A stretch of DNA of 35,091 nt. It comes from Catajapyx aquilonaris. Taxonomy: Eukaryota. The stretch covers positions 1-35,091 of the forward strand of contig JYFJ02004079.1 in assembly GCA_000934665.2 (NCBI GenBank), given 5' to 3'. The notes under the pieces are model-generated. The model ran no database searches. It worked only from the letters and a program-made list of their open reading frames with translations, and was not told the DNA's origin. The position numbers and the translations under genes were made by a program. Positions 34,400 through 35,091 of this stretch are shown here, piece after piece. Within the stretch, counting starts at the first letter, position 1, and the number at the start of each line of letters is the position of its first letter.

Positions 34400-35091
34400 A
34401 TGGTCGTCATGACTGTCAGGAGCATGTTGTTCTTTTCCGTGGTCTTTAATGCGCTGGTCTTGACACCGGCACACTTCCCTCCTTTCGTCAATGAAAATAG
34501 CACAAGAATTGAGGTGCTTGTTTCCAGTCTGGTGCAAGACATTCACTCTGAGAAGTTACCCGAATGTACTCTTTTGCTAGCCCACGACTTTGTGTCTGCT
34601 CCGAAGACGATTCAAACGATCCTGTCTAATGCGAACGAACAATATCGCCCGACACTGTCTCTGTCCCCTCCCGAGTCCTTCTCTGTCCCTGATGACGCAT
34701 CGCATCGAGATTATTGGGACATTAGCTCCAAGGAGTGGACCGGTCCTTGTCTGGTGCAGCTGCTCACCCCCAGGACATCCGGACTGGTCAACCGGATGAG
34801 CATCTTCGTCTCCACCAGGGTCAAGGTCAGGTCAGACGATGACCACGTCGTCATATGGACCAGGGAAGACCCGGACAAGGCCATTTCACCAAAGGAGGAC
34901 AGGACCAACAGCATGCTGGGGATGAGGTGGAAGGTGGCCATCAAGCCTTCTCCTGATGGAGGGTCACTGGAGCTGGCCACCATTTGCTTCTTTCGCAACG
35001 AGGGAAACCACTCCAAGGTCACTCTGGGACACTATCCGGGACTGGGGGTAGGGGACTTGTTTCCAGATAACACGAAGCATTTCCATGGCAG
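34400..35091 (+). CDS. Probable divergent ionotropic receptor (IR, iGluR-derived chemoreceptor), N-terminal part; runs off the window end
   Basis: First ATG after an in-frame TAG (34376); 230 uninterrupted codons. Hydrophobic signal-like start MVVMTVRSMLFFSVVFNALVL, N-glycosylation sequons NST and NHS. Ends ...ICFF...DLFPDNTKHFHG, resembling the LFPDKxxNFHG motif that precedes the S1 lobe in arthropod IRs. Confidence 0.65.
   Translation, partial: MVVMTVRSMLFFSVVFNALVLTPAHFPPFVNENSTRIEVLVSSLVQDIHSEKLPECTLLLAHDFVSAPKTIQTILSNANEQYRPTLSLSPPESFSVPDDASHRDYWDISSKEWTGPCLVQLLTPRTSGLVNRMSIFVSTRVKVRSDDDHVVIWTREDPDKAISPKEDRTNSMLGMRWKVAIKPSPDGGSLELATICFFRNEGNHSKVTLGHYPGLGVGDLFPDNTKHFHG

Noticed and set aside
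34711..35022. Minus-strand 103-aa ORF
   Set aside because: Antisense shadow of the longer plus-strand IR-like frame starting at 34400.

Overview
Eukaryotic (arthropod-like) genomic DNA with spliceosomal GT-AG genes, all on the + strand; no prokaryotic, CRISPR or RNA genes were seen. Most of the window (about 5850-30650) is the 3' part of a bruchpilot/ELKS-CAST-ERC presynaptic active-zone scaffold gene whose N-terminal exons lie upstream of the window. I rebuilt its exons by hand, and their reading-frame phases are consistent. The most notable structure is that the locus appears to encode both architectures of this family. Internally, a short Drosophila-Brp-type exon (9281-9336) is frame-incompatible, and so mutually exclusive, with a vertebrate-ELKS-like exon (10007-10140) that leads into 12034-12414. 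At the C-terminus, a tiny Brp-type last exon (25901-25939, SSGPGGFLKSLF*) competes with a set of ELKS/ERC-type C-terminal exons (26192-27349). Downstream lie a 4-exon METTL27/WBSCR27-like SAM methyltransferase (30966-32131), whose third intron may use a non-canonical GA donor, and the start of a probable divergent ionotropic receptor (34400 to window end) that is missing from the ORF track. The introns hold several MITE-like inverted-repeat elements, including a TIR-flanked array of about 30-bp palindromic TGCGCATGCGCA units. All family assignments rest on remembered protein sequences, not database searches.
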